In this document: in pieces, positions 23,551 through 37,899 of the stretch | Position numbering within the stretch: position 1 is the first letter of the stretch | Layout: each line of letters starts with the position of its first letter | Source of the DNA: Bugula neritina | Lineage: Eukaryota; Animalia; Bryozoa | Direction: 5' to 3' | DNA: 64,000 nucleotides | Assembly (NCBI GenBank): GCA_964035545.1 | Contig: OZ037767.1 | Location: forward strand, 10,488,581-10,552,580 | The notes under the pieces: model-generated | Database searches by the model: none | What the model was told of the DNA's origin: nothing | The model's input: the letters and a program-made list of their open reading frames with translations, nothing else | Position numbers and translations under genes: made by a program

Positions 23551-25072
23551 GGTTTGTATAATATATGCACACTTTTTGCTCTGAAGTGTCATAGCGATGT
23601 AAGAATGGTGCTAGTGAATTGTTATGACTAAATTCAATCTTGTATATTATTGCATATATTGCATTATGTATTCTCATAATATATTTATATTATTATAATA
23701 TTTCAAATTCGCATACTAAATAGTTCTAATATATTAGTATTGTTTTTTTATAAATTCACATATTCCCTTTATTTATTATATATCAACATGAAGTAGCTGT
23801 CAAAATAATTAGTTAATTATTATTAGCAAGCTGATAGGCTGCTGTAGGCTTTCACAGCACTAGTTTCCATTTTGTCATGGATATAAGGAGTTGTCCTTCT
23901 AGCTTTTCATGTGCTAAGACTTGTTGCAAGCAGTTGCCAATAACCTAAGATAGGGCCAACAGTTTTGTGTTGAAATCTATTTCCGATTATATATTTTTTT
24001 AGTTTTTATTACACACTATTTATCATCTTGTTTCATTGAATAGTATGTATAATTGGTAGCGATTTTTAGGAGACCATGGATACTGATGCTGTTATAAAGA
24101 ATGAGCTGACTAAGAATGTTTGAAGAATACTTTTGTTGCTGAAAAGTTAGCATTACACTATCCTGTAATACAAACTGTGCCCATTCTGTTTATTATGCTG
24201 TATCTAGTTTTCTACACAACTTGAATAAATTTACATCTTATCTACTGCAATTCATAGTTTTATTACTATTAGATTACAATTTTATTCATTTTATTTGGTT
24301 GCTAGAGATTTACAAATATGAAAAAAAAACTGAACTCCTATCATAAATATATCATCAGACAGATTAAAAGATGGATGTCTTCTCACCAACTATTAGGATG
24401 TCTCCATGACAACTTAAAATAATATTGTATAAAAATATTACAAGCTAAAAATAATATAATCTCAAAATTAAAAATGAACATTTATTAAGAAGCAACGAGC
24501 ATTATTGTAGCGGGCAATGCCTAATGCAATAACAAAACCGATTAACTCAAAGTGCTGCACATGGCATTTAGCAATTAGCGTAATAATAACTTTACAACAT
24601 ATATAATGATATATACATTTTATTACATCAATTCAATTTAAACTATATACAGTCGAGCTACAATGCAAGCGGCCATTTCACTAAGTTCAATATGGTTTTT
24701 AGTATTTATAATAGCATTATGGCCCCATGCAATATTTTATTTTGTTATAGGTTCAAATTACAAAAATAAATTATATAGTGCTAAAATATAAGTTTAGTTA
24801 AATGCTAACAACATTTTAAAAAAATTGTGTGCTTATACACAACTTGCTCAATCATAGAACCACATAATTTCTACAAATCTGTTTTACAGACTTGAATTTC
24901 TAAACTTTGAAAGCCATAAACTTGCAAGAAAATGCCTATTCATAAAATTTAACATGTGTTTAGGCTAAAGGGGAACATATGGCTAGAAATGGCAGTGAAA
25001 TACTTTGTGATACATTTGTTTGTAATAAATAAACAATGAAACTGTGTATTACGCATTACTTCAGGCAAAAAT

Positions 25073-28000
25073 CTAGCTTTTATATGGATTGAAACGCACA
25101 GAGTTCGTTCGAGGAATATTGCTGTGCGTTGAAAGTGCTTTATGCATACCATTGACAGCACACTGATTATTTGATAGCCTATCGAAATACAGCTTGAGAA
25201 AATCTTTGGACATTTGTTCTGGAGTTGGCATCATGCTTTGATGCTGTTGCATAGGCAGCAGTGGTGGGTACTTGCAGACAAATCCAGCTAAAATATTATC
25301 AAGAAATATTATTAAGAATACGCAGAAGCAATTTGAATGCAACTTAAATGTTGAGTGACCTAATTACTTTCTGATCTGACTTGTATGAATGTCTGTAAAG
25401 TTAGCTAAAGAAGATTTACAATTGTTAGTTATGTATGCGGATAAAACACCATACTTATTGAAAAAGTTATATAAAGTACTATGAGCTACTTACATGGCAT
25501 TAATGGAAGCGGATTCTGTGGCAATTGTGTCAAGAGAGCATGACTCATAGGGTTGGGCACGGCTGGATAACCTTGTCTAGAAGCTTTTATTAGCAAGTCG
25601 ACACTTTCTCTGTCAATCTGGGTGATTCTGGCAGAGTCTCTAAAACCTTTTGCAAAAGGATTGCTGTCTATCTTTAGCTTTGTGATCTAAAATAAAAACA
25701 TATTATCATAATTACTCACTTTGATAAAAAAGAAATTTGATAGAACTCATTCAACGTTGCCATTAGTTAGCAATTGCAACAGCTCTAATGCAGTTGTGTT
25801 TTGTGGTACTTGCCAGCTGATTTTGATAAGCTGTCACTCCTATGAATTGTGTCTCTTCAAAAGTAAACACTTTCCTGTCGTGAGTTTCAAGATCTGAGAG
25901 GAAACTAGCTTTTGGAACTTTGTCTTCGTATTTCACAAGATGCACTCTTGGAAGGTATTTATGCATCGAATTTAAAACTATCTGTAAAGAAATAAATGAA
26001 GTTACACAATTAAAGCAACACGCAGCAAAAAGTTTGCAAACTTGTCTAACTGTATAATAGTAATATTATAATAACAACAATTTATTTTATGGCAATATTA
26101 TTATAATAATAATACCGAAATACCATCATAGCAGCATTAACATTATGGTATTAATAATACATTATTATGGTATCAATAATATTATAGTGTGAATATTATA
26201 ATATTAAAATCATAACATTAAAAATATGAAATTATTATAATATTGATATTAATAATATCAATGTTAAAAATTCAGTACTGTTAAAGCCTTTTACTAGTTT
26301 ATGGTGCTACTATAAAATGTATAAAACTCGTATAAAATATATCACAGTGTAACATTATATTTGGACTACTACATTTTTAATATTTCGAGTTATTTTTATT
26401 GCTCTAGCATTTATAGGTTGCATTAATAAACCTATTGAGCAAAACATTTTAGATAATGTATTAATATAATAGTTATAACTTACATATCCCCACTTATCAT
26501 GTAAATTGTTGGTCAATTTCACTTTCTCAAAAGATATTGACTGTTTCATCAGTGAATCTCCTCTGAATGGACCATCTGGATGTGTGTAGACTCTACAGTA
26601 ACACCACTAATACTATAACTACTGTACATACCCTACAGTATCACTAATACTAAAAATACTGTATATACTCTACAGTATCACTAATACTAAAAATACTGTA
26701 TAAATTATATGCGTAAACATGTATGTATACACTTACAGTATTACTACTATAACATATGCTAATTAATAGAAAAACAAAATAATATATTACAACAATGCTA
26801 AAGTGTATTAAAAATGAAAAACATGCTAGCAGTAGGAGGGGATGTCAACATATAAATCTGTACTTATATAATTCCATTTTGCATCCAGAAATTTTCATGT
26901 ACCTATATTTTCACTTTTCTCATATCAACAACAAAATCATAGCTTAGTGTGCAACTTACTTGCGGGGTATTGGAGGGTCGGCCCGACCTGCTACCAACCA
27001 GCAGCTCCTGTGGTAAGCGTATCTGTACCTCTTGCTGTCAACAGCCACTATGTCAAAGAAAACTTGATAGTTAGCTTTGGGATCCAAATTAGAGAAAGAT
27101 ACTCTCATAGATGGAAACATCCTCCTGCAAATTATTAATATTTTCATCAGCTTGACTAGCAAAATTAGGTTTTCAATCACTTACCATCTTATTGGGTAGA
27201 TAACTCCATATAAACACGAGCAATATAGAAATAAATAATATTATGCTTTTCCTAAAAGGTGACAGAAAATGTATTTCTAATTGCTTTATGTTTCAGAAGA
27301 GCTACAAAGTTATTCATGACAGAATATAGGAAACTTTTGTGATAAAATCTTGTTTGGCTGGATTAGCTTTGATGTTGATTAAAATTATTGTAAAACTGTC
27401 AGAATGACATCCTCAGTTGCATCCTCTACTTTATGTGCACAGGTTAAATGTCAGATACCACTGTGTGATTGTGCTGCTGTGATTCAAAATGTCCAATAAT
27501 AATCAACTTTAAAGAATGTTTTAGAGCATATGTGATATACCTGTGTAGTGTGATTACCTCTATATTTATTTATATATCAAGCGGTAGCTTGGTAGATTCA
27601 TTAAATTAGATTCTCATCAAAGATTAAATATGATTGTACATGCTCATAATTACTGTGTTTGTCACACCAAGTCAATATTACATCACAATACAGGCATACA
27701 GTGTTGCATGGTAACATTACATTACTTTTAACATTGTAACTCATTTCTATATGCATACATTTTAGGAATATTTTAATTCTCTGTAGCAGTTTCTTTCCAC
27801 TTCTCTGTTGGTGCATAGAAATGATTTGTATCTATTACAATAACAGCTTTTCAACACAGCTATAAGCCTCTACTTTCATACCATTTGCCAATTTGTTGTA
27901 TTTTCAGATTGTAAAACATAAACATTGTCTAATTAATCACATTATGTATGACCTGCCTTACCAATACCTAAGTCTGCTAACTAGGTTTATATTGTGCTTA

Positions 28001-31000
28001 GCAATCTTTTAATTTACACTAAATAGCCAATTACTTCGAGTTACTATTCCCTTTACCAATAAACTAAGAATTTAATTGCTGATAAATTCTAGTTTATCCA
28101 TTCTTTATGACCAAAGGATGGGCTGAAGAGAAACGTTCTGTTCGCAATGTATGATATCTGGTTGGCATTGTGTGACTGCGAAGATTGGATTATAACCCTC
28201 AACTAATCAGTATGTTTAAATGGCAAGCATTTTGTTATCCAATTAAAGCAAGAAGATATTCTTCTGGAAAATGTAATTCACAATATGCTTTGGCGCTGAG
28301 CTTCAGAACTGGCACTAAATTAATTTATGGCTGATGTTTTAACTTGTTGTTTAAAGTTTGCATTATCACTGCACGTTGCAAATCAAATCTCAACTATCCA
28401 TGACAAGAAAATAGACCATCAAACTAATCACTTCACGCTATTTTCAGATTCAAATCTTAAAAATGGTAATGACCTTGTTGTAAATTAGCACAATAGCACG
28501 TGGTATAGACTGCATTCCATAGACCATCTTGCTATTTATAAACAGCAAATTTTCTCTCAGTGGTCCTCACAATATCAACAACATACTGGTGTCAAGGGTG
28601 CAGTTTGGCTTACCAAGTCGACCTATTATTATGAATGAAAATGCAATGTGTTTGTAAGAGCATTTGACACATGTGAAAGATAACATCTACGATAGGAAGC
28701 TTCCGTAATTTCTCAACCCATTTTAGTTTAAATGAGTACAATTTTGCGATGAGCTCTCGATGAAACGCATTTGTTGAAAATATGCCTATGTTAAAATTTT
28801 TTTAATATGCTATTTTGTCAGTTTTTACTGCTTCAGTGAAATAGTGAAATATTTTTTACATTGTCTGAGAGCTGTATGTAATGATTACTTATTTTCAAGC
28901 AAACTAAAAGTTGCCTACACTTATTAATTATAAATATTTGTAACAAATATAGACAAAGTATTAAAAAAGTAAAAATAAAAAAAATTCATAAGATGTACTT
29001 CAAAGTTGCATCTTGAGCATTTAATTGCATAATTATACTCTGCATTTTAGTAATAAAACATATACCAATTATGTAATAATAATAAAATGTATAATGATAC
29101 AATATATTATGTTAATTACTATGTTGTGCCAATTCAAATCTCACATTGTTCATGGTATGAAACTATTGATCATGTAAACAAACATGTCACTTAAAGCCCT
29201 TGTTTGACAGCAAAAACAGGTTGTTGATGATTCTTACCTCCCAGATTTGGTTATAATCATTTCAGTTCCTAGATCATGAAACTTTTTCCAAAGTTCTTTC
29301 ATCTCCAGAGAGCAGCAACTTCTGCCAAGACTCTCTGAAGTTCTACACTTCTCTTCTGTAATTAAATCTACAAAAATACTTAGAAAATAAGTCTCTATTC
29401 AAATATTCGCATTGATATATGAAAGTTATATTTGCATTGATAATATTTATGCTTCTTTTTGTGATACGCCTACACAGTTTTGAACTATTTTCGAAGTAAT
29501 TTACTGTAGTGTTGAGGGGCAATCACAACACTGCCTTTGCTTAAATATTTTACCATGTATCAAGTAATTTTTTCAACTTTTGATGTCAATAAACAGTTTG
29601 TTTGTGTTGTTTATAAATGAAATTACTAGTTTTCAACACCTGCTCTGTAATTTGAAATTATATTTTCCACATGTTACTCACATCTACATTAATAAAACAA
29701 GGCTCTAAAACACATAATGCTGAGCAAATTGTATTATCTAATTCATGGCTCATCTCACCTCAATGCATTGCATACCAATACTCTCACGAAGCATAAAACA
29801 CTGTACTGTAATTAAAATAACATCATCAGCTGAGACCAGAACAGAATGCTGCAGAAATAGCCTACACCACGCTGGTTGCAGGTAAGAAACATTTAGACCA
29901 CAAGGATTGTTGTGAATCAACCTGCACATTGGCTATAGCCTAGATAATTGAATATCTATTGTTGTTTAACAAAGCAATTAGCTTCGGTAATGACCATAAA
30001 AGTTATTTAATTAAAAAATAGTCACCCAAGCTAGGGAATGTGTTAATAATATATATACATACATGTCAATGTGTCACTATATATTTGTAAAGGCTTAAAC
30101 AGTGGTAACATTTGGCTCCAGCAGACACAGAAATAGCATGAGAAATTTCAAGCTAGTCTAAGTGTCAAAAATTTACAAATACATAAAAAGCCAGTAGTGA
30201 CACATTTAGGCATTTTTTGAGCTACACTATTGATGCTGCATTCCTTAAACCTTTGAAACATACTCACATAGACAAATTAGAATGTATCAAATATTATATA
30301 CAATTTATGTTTTAAAACTCGTGTTGCTTAAATATACATGCAAAAGCATAAGAAATGCCAGCAATTTTAATATTCATTTTAATTTTAATTTTTTTTCAAA
30401 TAACTTAATTGAATATAACAAAGAATGAAGTTGATTTCTTATGAAGATGAAATATGCAATTCTATCTGACTTTACAATACAATATATTGGTGGAAGTATG
30501 TAATATAAATATAAAACTTTTGTAAAAAGACTACACAGATCTAACATTAACCTTTCACTTTTTCCCTGAAAATCTTCAGGTTTTATAGGTTATTTAAAGT
30601 TATAACAAGAATTCCATAAAGTTTTTACTTTATTCAAGTTAATTGCATTTTAGCAAATATTCTACTATGGCAAAAATATTCATATTATACACATAATATT
30701 ACATAAATATATTATACTGTTTAAATTACAATACAATATTCTATAATATAATAGAAAATAAATAATTCATACACCCATACTTACATAAATTTTGGCAAAT
30801 TACTGACACAGTTGTACAGCAGTGTTAACAAGTGCTAATTTTCTGTATAGCCTATTGTCAGAACATTATATTATTTATATTATATTATATTATATTATGT
30901 CATATAATATCATATTGCATGATATTATATTATAATTCATTACACTAGATCATTATATTTTTCTTTATAAAAGTAAAAGTAATTAAAGGTTGTATGCTAT

Positions 31001-33292
31001 ATATTAGAACAAAATTATAACAATGTGTCGTATTTTATGCTGTGAACAAAGACAATTGGATTAAAATGAAAACTCTTTGCCAACCTTTACTCCCTGATTA
31101 TAGCCGATGATTCTTTATTCTCAAACTCAAAGATGTTGTGAGAGGTTGATTTGTTTATTTATTTAAAGGCAGCATCTGACACTGAGCTCTAATCATCGAG
31201 ATGTGTGTTTAATTTTTATTTGTGTATAATATACAATGTTTGAGCACTAGACATTTCCATGTAGCAACTCATTAAATAAACTTCATTCACAAACTAATGA
31301 GGGTGTCAATTTGAATCTATTTTCTGTAGCAGCTCATTACATCGATGCATTTAGGGCAGCATATACTGGCAGCAGAGTTCACCTTTATCCAATCTTACAC
31401 CAGATACTTAACTTGTCTAGCTCTACGTGTTATAATTTACTGTAACATTACAGCTGCAGACTTTTTGGTGGCAAGAATAATCTATTATAGCTTTTCATGG
31501 CGGGACAGTTCTATATTATACGCTGCAGTTGTGAGAAATGTATACACATGGCATATATGCACGCTACACATCAGTCGCTGTAATATAGGAAGCTGGCTCG
31601 TGCTGCAGAGCTGCTGTTTAACTTATCGTCTCGGCATAAACTAGTTGCTTATAAACATTTTCTAGACTGTGAAATATTATCAATAGACTCAGAACCTAAT
31701 TGTTTCAAAAGCAAGCACAGGCAGGCTACTAGCCCACCCTGACATATGTTATTAAAGTTTTTATAAACACAGCTAAGAGATAGATTTTCATGAGACTGAG
31801 TTGACAGGCTTGATCACAGCTAGCGACACTAAGTGTAAACATTAGGATGGGAATATATATCATGTTCTCGTGTTATTAGTGCAGTGTTAATAATTGTTTT
31901 ATGTTGACTTCCCTTCATCTATGCGGTCACACATTACAGAGGGATAAATAACATTAGCAGTATCTGTCAGCATTTATTATCACTGTAGCTATAAAAATTC
32001 AACAACCACAAAAGAGGGCATTACAAAAATATGCCAAAACATGCAATGAGTCTGATTGCTAAAGTTCGAAAGCAAATTTAAACTTATAGTATAATAAAAT
32101 ACTGGTACCACTATAGCTTATTAGCCAGGGTGCAGATAAATACAACATACTTTTGCTTTAATTTTTTTTATTAAATAAGTCATGACTTAGTAGCAGTATA
32201 GTCATACTGTACTGTGTAACTTTTATAGTACTATCCTTATTCTATAGCTCAGTCGTTATGGTTATTTAAAACAGCAATTAATATTTTATTATATTATTAT
32301 TATATAATTATTGCATTTTATCTAGTCTGCAGAATTTAGAAAGTATGTGATTATGTCACAGATTTATCTGAATCCAATAACAAATAATCAATAGTCAATA
32401 ATATGAACATAAACCGACTAAAATCCTGATTGGTCTATCAAAAATATTTATGAAACTGCAAATTAATTTAAATACTTACTGAATAACACTGAATACAACT
32501 AATACATAAATAAACATATGTATGTCTTGCACACGGCATGTATATATTGTAATACTACATAACTATGTTAGATGTGCTTAAGGAGAATAAATTAGTATGG
32601 TAAACCATAGTTGGAAATTTTCTGCCATAATCTATAATTATATTAAAATATGCAATAATTTATGATGCTTTATATATTATTATTTGTTAAAATATTGCTT
32701 GCCATGTTATGTTTTACAGCAATGCTATTCGAGCCACCCCTACTGAGCCACCCCTATCAAACCATCTCTACGGGCCAGCCCAGTGCATATTTATTTCTGG
32801 ATTTTAACACACACAGCGGAGCTTAGAAGTAAAGCTAGAATATGTTACCATATAGATAGAAAAACAGTGTTCCCATGTGTTTAGTAAATGTAAGCCATAC
32901 CTTCAGTGATTGGGGGTGAAGGGAGGGGTGTCTCTGAACTCAAAGATCTAGGGCTAGACCGGCTGTCTTGTTCAACTTTTTCTCCTTCTGCATCGCCCAG
33001 TCCTTTGACCTAAAAACATGACACTAACAGTACAACTGCGACGTGAAGAATGCTATGATGTGTGTACATATAGAAATTATGCTTTAATTATATGGTTGCA
33101 TTTATACTCCTTGTCCTATGAATTGTTAAACAGGATGCAGTGTATAGAGTTTACCTCATCCCCGTCTTCACTAGCAGAATCTGCTGGAGAAAGCAGAGCT
33201 TGTATTGAAAAAGCTCGAGCTTTTCTCGACATTGGAGAAGCTTTCATTGAGAAGTCACTAGTTGGAGTAAATTCATTCATTACTTCTTCCAT
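25073..33292 (-). CDS. TBX20: T-box transcription factor Tbx20 (H15/midline subfamily), about 408 aa; exons 33155-33292, 32901-33009, 29238-29367, 26960-27124, 26484-26592, 25814-25981, 25494-25686, 25073-25287; probable 5' UTR exon with donor near 33799
   Basis: N-terminal eh1 motif [14 protein letters not shown]-box [28 protein letters not shown]...[21 protein letters not shown]...[10 protein letters not shown]...LNSMHKY...[26 protein letters not shown], followed by the Tbx20-typical [20 protein letters not shown] and YQNQL are diagnostic of Tbx20. All phases are consistent (one GC donor). Confidence 0.93.
26593..26701. repeat. Three ~38-bp tandem copies that include the Tbx20 acceptor sequence (TACTGTAG on the minus strand)
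   Basis: CTACAGTA..CACTAATACTA.AA.TACTGTA repeated three times. Confidence 0.75.
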
Positions 33293-34083
33293 TTTCAATT
33301 TTCTCTAAAATTGGAAAAGTATTGGTAAAATATTTGATAACATTTCAAATGTAAAATATTTGATGGGTCTTAAAACAAACTCGAATTTGAGTTTTAGTTG
33401 TACAGTTTAAAAATAAGAAAAAAAAATTAATTTGTATATTGGAATATTTTTCATGTGCACAATGTTAGCTAAGCAATTAGCAAAATAATGAGATATAATT
33501 CTAACATATTTTACACCGCTGTTTGGAAAAATAAGTTATTGCATAACCTACTTAAAGTGATTACCACTATTGGGGGGGGGGGGAGGGATACAAAAAGCTC
33601 AAAGAAGCCAAGAGCATTTAGATTATTATTGGTTAGATTAAAATATGTAATAACATTGTAACCTGTCAGTTATAAATTATACTGAATACTGCATTTAGAT
33701 TTAGCAGCAATGTAATATAAATACCTTCATATATTAATACTTATTCTAACCAATGATTACTGATAAAATGGTGTAGAGATATGATGAAAATAATCTTACC
33801 TGTTACCTGAGCAATATATCTGTTGAGTTGTGCAGAACAATCTGGTATCTTCAACTGACGTGCAACCTTGAAGACGAGTGCTGTGACAGTGTGCCACACT
33901 CTTGAACTTGACTTATTAAACCCCCTGCAGGACCCACAAGTAGTGGTTAGCAGCTACCTGAAGTGATAAGTTGTGTTGATGGTGTGAATAACTGAGATAA
34001 AGCCTGCTACCTTCATACATGCACATAGCCTGAGGCCAGGCCAGGTATAGACAAGTTATTGAACTATCTGTTGCAGCTTCCAG

Positions 34084-34132
34084 CTGATTGGTCAATTAAT
34101 TTCTAGTAAACTGGGAGGTCTTGTCCTATTGG
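34084..34132 (-). promoter_or_regulatory. Pair of CCAAT boxes upstream of the putative Tbx20 first exon
   Basis: CCAATCAG (34091-34084) and CCAAT (34132-34128), about 300 bp upstream of the first-exon donor. The TSS is not mapped. Confidence 0.3.
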
Positions 34133-36113
34133 CTGTCTTAGCTAACTAACTTTTCATTAATAGTGACAAAACAATTGTTGTGTCTTTTTATTGTCAAGTT
34201 TTAATTGAACTTTTCAGATCAGAAAGTTTTAAAGATACAAAAATAGTGTTTAATTAGCCAAGTTATAATATAGCTAGAGTAAAAATTTTACCTTTGTGTG
34301 GGAGGAGAGGAGGGGGGATTTCTAATAAACTTATAGCAGATGTTGCAGTCATCTTTGATTACATTGTTTTAATAGAGTTTATGCCTTGATTCGATGACTG
34401 GTGGTTTGATTGGTAGACTAGCGTCATGCTTAATTGTGTGCAAGAAAAATAGTCATTTCTACAAATACCAGAAACATTGCATGTCAAGATTATCAACACA
34501 AATAGAATGGTGACAGATTTTAGCTAAATAAACTGCCTATCTACACTTTAACCCCAACAATGTAATCAAATACACTAGCACCTGCCTACAAAAACTAGTG
34601 TTTTTCTTAACTATCCTCTTCATTAGGATGTTCCACTGCCAAGCCTCCAATTAACAATTAACTCGTTAACATTTATGCTTTAGAATCTGAAGGTATAATA
34701 TTGTGTCATTGAATGTTTATTGTTATTAATTTTTTAGAATAAGTTTGACAATGATGATGGTAACAGATTAACTATCCCAAAATATTTACTGTATAATACT
34801 TAGCTACTTGATGGTTATCAGATCACAAAAATGTGCTATTTTTTAAAAAATGACTAATGAGTGAGATTGTACATAATATAATGTAGATTTTAAACTATGA
34901 TATATTAATATAATCATCAATAATATGAGGATATGATATAATGTAACTATAAATAATACAATAATATAATATAAAAACAAATTGTTATTTGCCTTAGTTC
35001 AAAGCTCAAACCTTTCAAACTTTTTTGAGGAACCTTTACTTCTTAGTTCGAAGCTATTTAAACAGTTGCATTGGTAAAACTTAGTTGATCTGAATTTAAA
35101 TTAAAAGTATTTTAATAAATATGAGACCTATAATAGTCATCTAAGTATTCTTAATTTCTACCCAAAATAATAAAATACATATGAAAGGCCGTATGAAAGG
35201 CCCTATGGAAGGCGTAGGTTGTTACCAACTGGTGATGACAGGTTTGGTCAGCAATTAAACTATTTTTCAAGCAGCGTTGGTTCACCAATTGGCCTGCAGT
35301 GGTATGTTGGTAGTCCTTATTTGTATGGGTGTGCTCAAGATAGTACCAATGCCCTTTAACCCTCAAACATAATTTAGTTGTTTCTCTTTAGAGGTTGACA
35401 AATTACCCCATTATTTGATAGTTAAAATTTTGCTGACCACAAATTGAGTGTGATAGAGACAGTAGGCAAAGTGTTGACTGGGCTAATTCTTGAATCACAG
35501 TGTTCCTACAACAACTGGTATATTTTACTCTAATTACGCACAAATAAACAATTACCTTTTAAACTGACAACAATGTGACAAATCTATTTATTTGACAATT
35601 ACAATCAATTGAGCTTTATTAAAACCACAAATTGAAATATTTGACTAGACAGTGAAATTTTCAAGGCAAGCTTCTTGAAATTACTTGACTCTAGGCTATC
35701 CACTTAGAAATTAAACGATTATAGAACACTTTACTGCTACGTAGGTTTTTGCTTTAAGCAGTTTTCAAATGTGTGCATCAATTATATTCATTAGCATGGA
35801 TCAGTTTATTTTCTTTATATTTGGTTCAAAGCAAAAAATATTCTAAACAAGCACTTGTTACTTCATGTTAAAGAGAATTAGCTAATTGCTGCTATAGCAT
35901 ATATAGCATAATATACGGTATAAAATACATATTATATAATATATAAAATAATACACTATGTATGATATATAAAACATAATATGCAATAAGTACGATATAA
36001 TATAGTATATGCATACACAGAATATGTTATATATTGTATTATAATAAATAACATATTATGTATAGTACACTATATGTAATTTAAATATATCTTCACGGGC
36101 TAGCAATTTAATA

Positions 36114-36286
36114 AAAAAATAGGTAAACGAGAAACGTTCTATTTTTACTACCTACTTTATTAATCAAAGTAAGCTGACATTTTCTACACCGCATGCAGTG
36201 TCCATCTTCAGAGTTGTGAAATAAAATAAGTTTACTTTAAGTAATACAGTAATAAGAATAAAATGTTTCTCGTTTGCCTATTTCTA
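36114..36286 (-). mobile_element. Penelope-like pLTR fragment with inverted tail and a degenerate minimal hammerhead ribozyme (36173-36213)
   Basis: Inverted repeat AAATAGGTAAACGAGAAACGTTCTATT / AATAAAATGTTTCTCGTTTGCCTATTT. The minus strand reads CTGAAGA-TG-GACACTGCATGCGGTGT-AGAAAATGTC-AGC, followed by AATAAA. Confidence 0.55.
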
Positions 36287-37365
36287 ACTACATGTAATAT
36301 ATTACACAAATACAGTAATTCTCTCATTCATAGACATTCACTGCAATCTATGATCTGATGCAGGGTCTGCCCCTTTTGATACATGCTCCAACCTTTCTAA
36401 AATACGCAACATTATCAAACTATTATCTTAGTCATTCTTAAATATAAAACTGTACTTATTAACTGTAATAGTATGTTTAACTTATTTTATCTCATTCAAA
36501 CAATGTATACTATCAATTAGTTATTCCTTCAGCCAGTTTTTAACAAAGTTTGCACTTGGCCTGGACTCACAGCCACTGAGTAAGAGGTGCTAGGAGAAAA
36601 TCTTAGTGCCATAATGCTACGAAATAGTTGATACAATTGGAGTAAGAGCACACATTTGTTTATGTATCTGTTTTAGTACAAGGCGCCAACTCGACACTAT
36701 GTTTAAAACGAAACTGGCAGACCAGTGTTTGATGAGTGAGCGGTAGTTGTACTTGTGTTATTACTGCAGTGGCTACTCTCCTGTATACACTTTCATTAAA
36801 CAAAGTTTACAGCCTTCCAAGCTACTTACTGGTGGTAAAAAACAATGCACAATAAAATAGATGCTAAAAAGGCTTATGTTTTTATCTTTAGAAATTTAAC
36901 AAAAACCTAAATATTTCGATGCAGTAATATTTCATTGTTCAAACAAAGGCTAGCGGAACCTGTATGCTGCTATAATGAGACAATTTAGAGTATGTTAGCA
37001 GCTAATTGCGAATCATAAGAATGTGGATGTAGTCTAAATAAATACATTTGATTGTAAAAGATAGATTGTATGTTTTATTTATTAATCATTTAAACCAGAA
37101 ATAGTACAAATATTTTTGCCAAAGCTGTTATAAAAAAATGTGTTGAAATACAGCAAATACAACAATACAACAAATACAACAAATACATATTCTATAGCTT
37201 ACTACCACATGTAGTTATTGGGAACTATGCACCTATTATTATACTATACAATGCATTATATTACAAAGTTATATGACACAGTGCATTATATTATATTGTT
37301 ATGTCACACAACGCATTACATCATACTATTATATGCTACAATGTATTTGGTTATATCATTAATGT

Positions 37366-37368
<3 letters not shown>

Positions 37369-37404
<36 letters not shown>
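37369..37404. repeat. (TA)n microsatellite
   Basis: About 18 perfect TA units. Confidence 0.95.
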
Positions 37405-37407
<3 letters not shown>

Positions 37408-37899
37408 CAGGCTGACTGTATGTCTATCTCAATATTATTAAACATTTGAATATGTTAATAAACACTTCAGAAAACAAGTTTTTTATTTCTACTTCTCAAA
37501 AAAAGAAATAGTTCTGGTCAAATAGATTGGTTACCATTTTACTTCCAATTTCTAAAATAGAATATGAAGGATTATTACTATTTTCATGTTACAGCGAATG
37601 TATAGGTTTTTACATCCATCTATATATCTATATAGTTTATTATAGACCCTGGTTTCAACATACAGCTAAAACTGCAACAATTAATATTAGGTTTTACTGT
37701 AGGAAAACACAAATGCATTTTTTTATTTTGAAACTTTTGTGAAATCTCTATAATGTCTAATATAAACTTTAAATTGGTTGTAGTATTATAAAATTTGAAA
37801 AGGTTATAACATTAAATTTCAAATATAATTTAATAAAAATATAATCATAGGAATTTAAATATTTGCACATGACACCCCTATCAGCTTTTGATTTCGAAG

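Noticed and set aside
23272-23677. Three overlapping repeat ORFs (VHTCRR, HADVCI, MQTCAY)
   Set aside because: Artefacts of the 18-bp minisatellite.
28120-28140. CTGAAGAGAAACG hammerhead-like core
   Set aside because: There is no stem II between CUGAAGA and GAAA.
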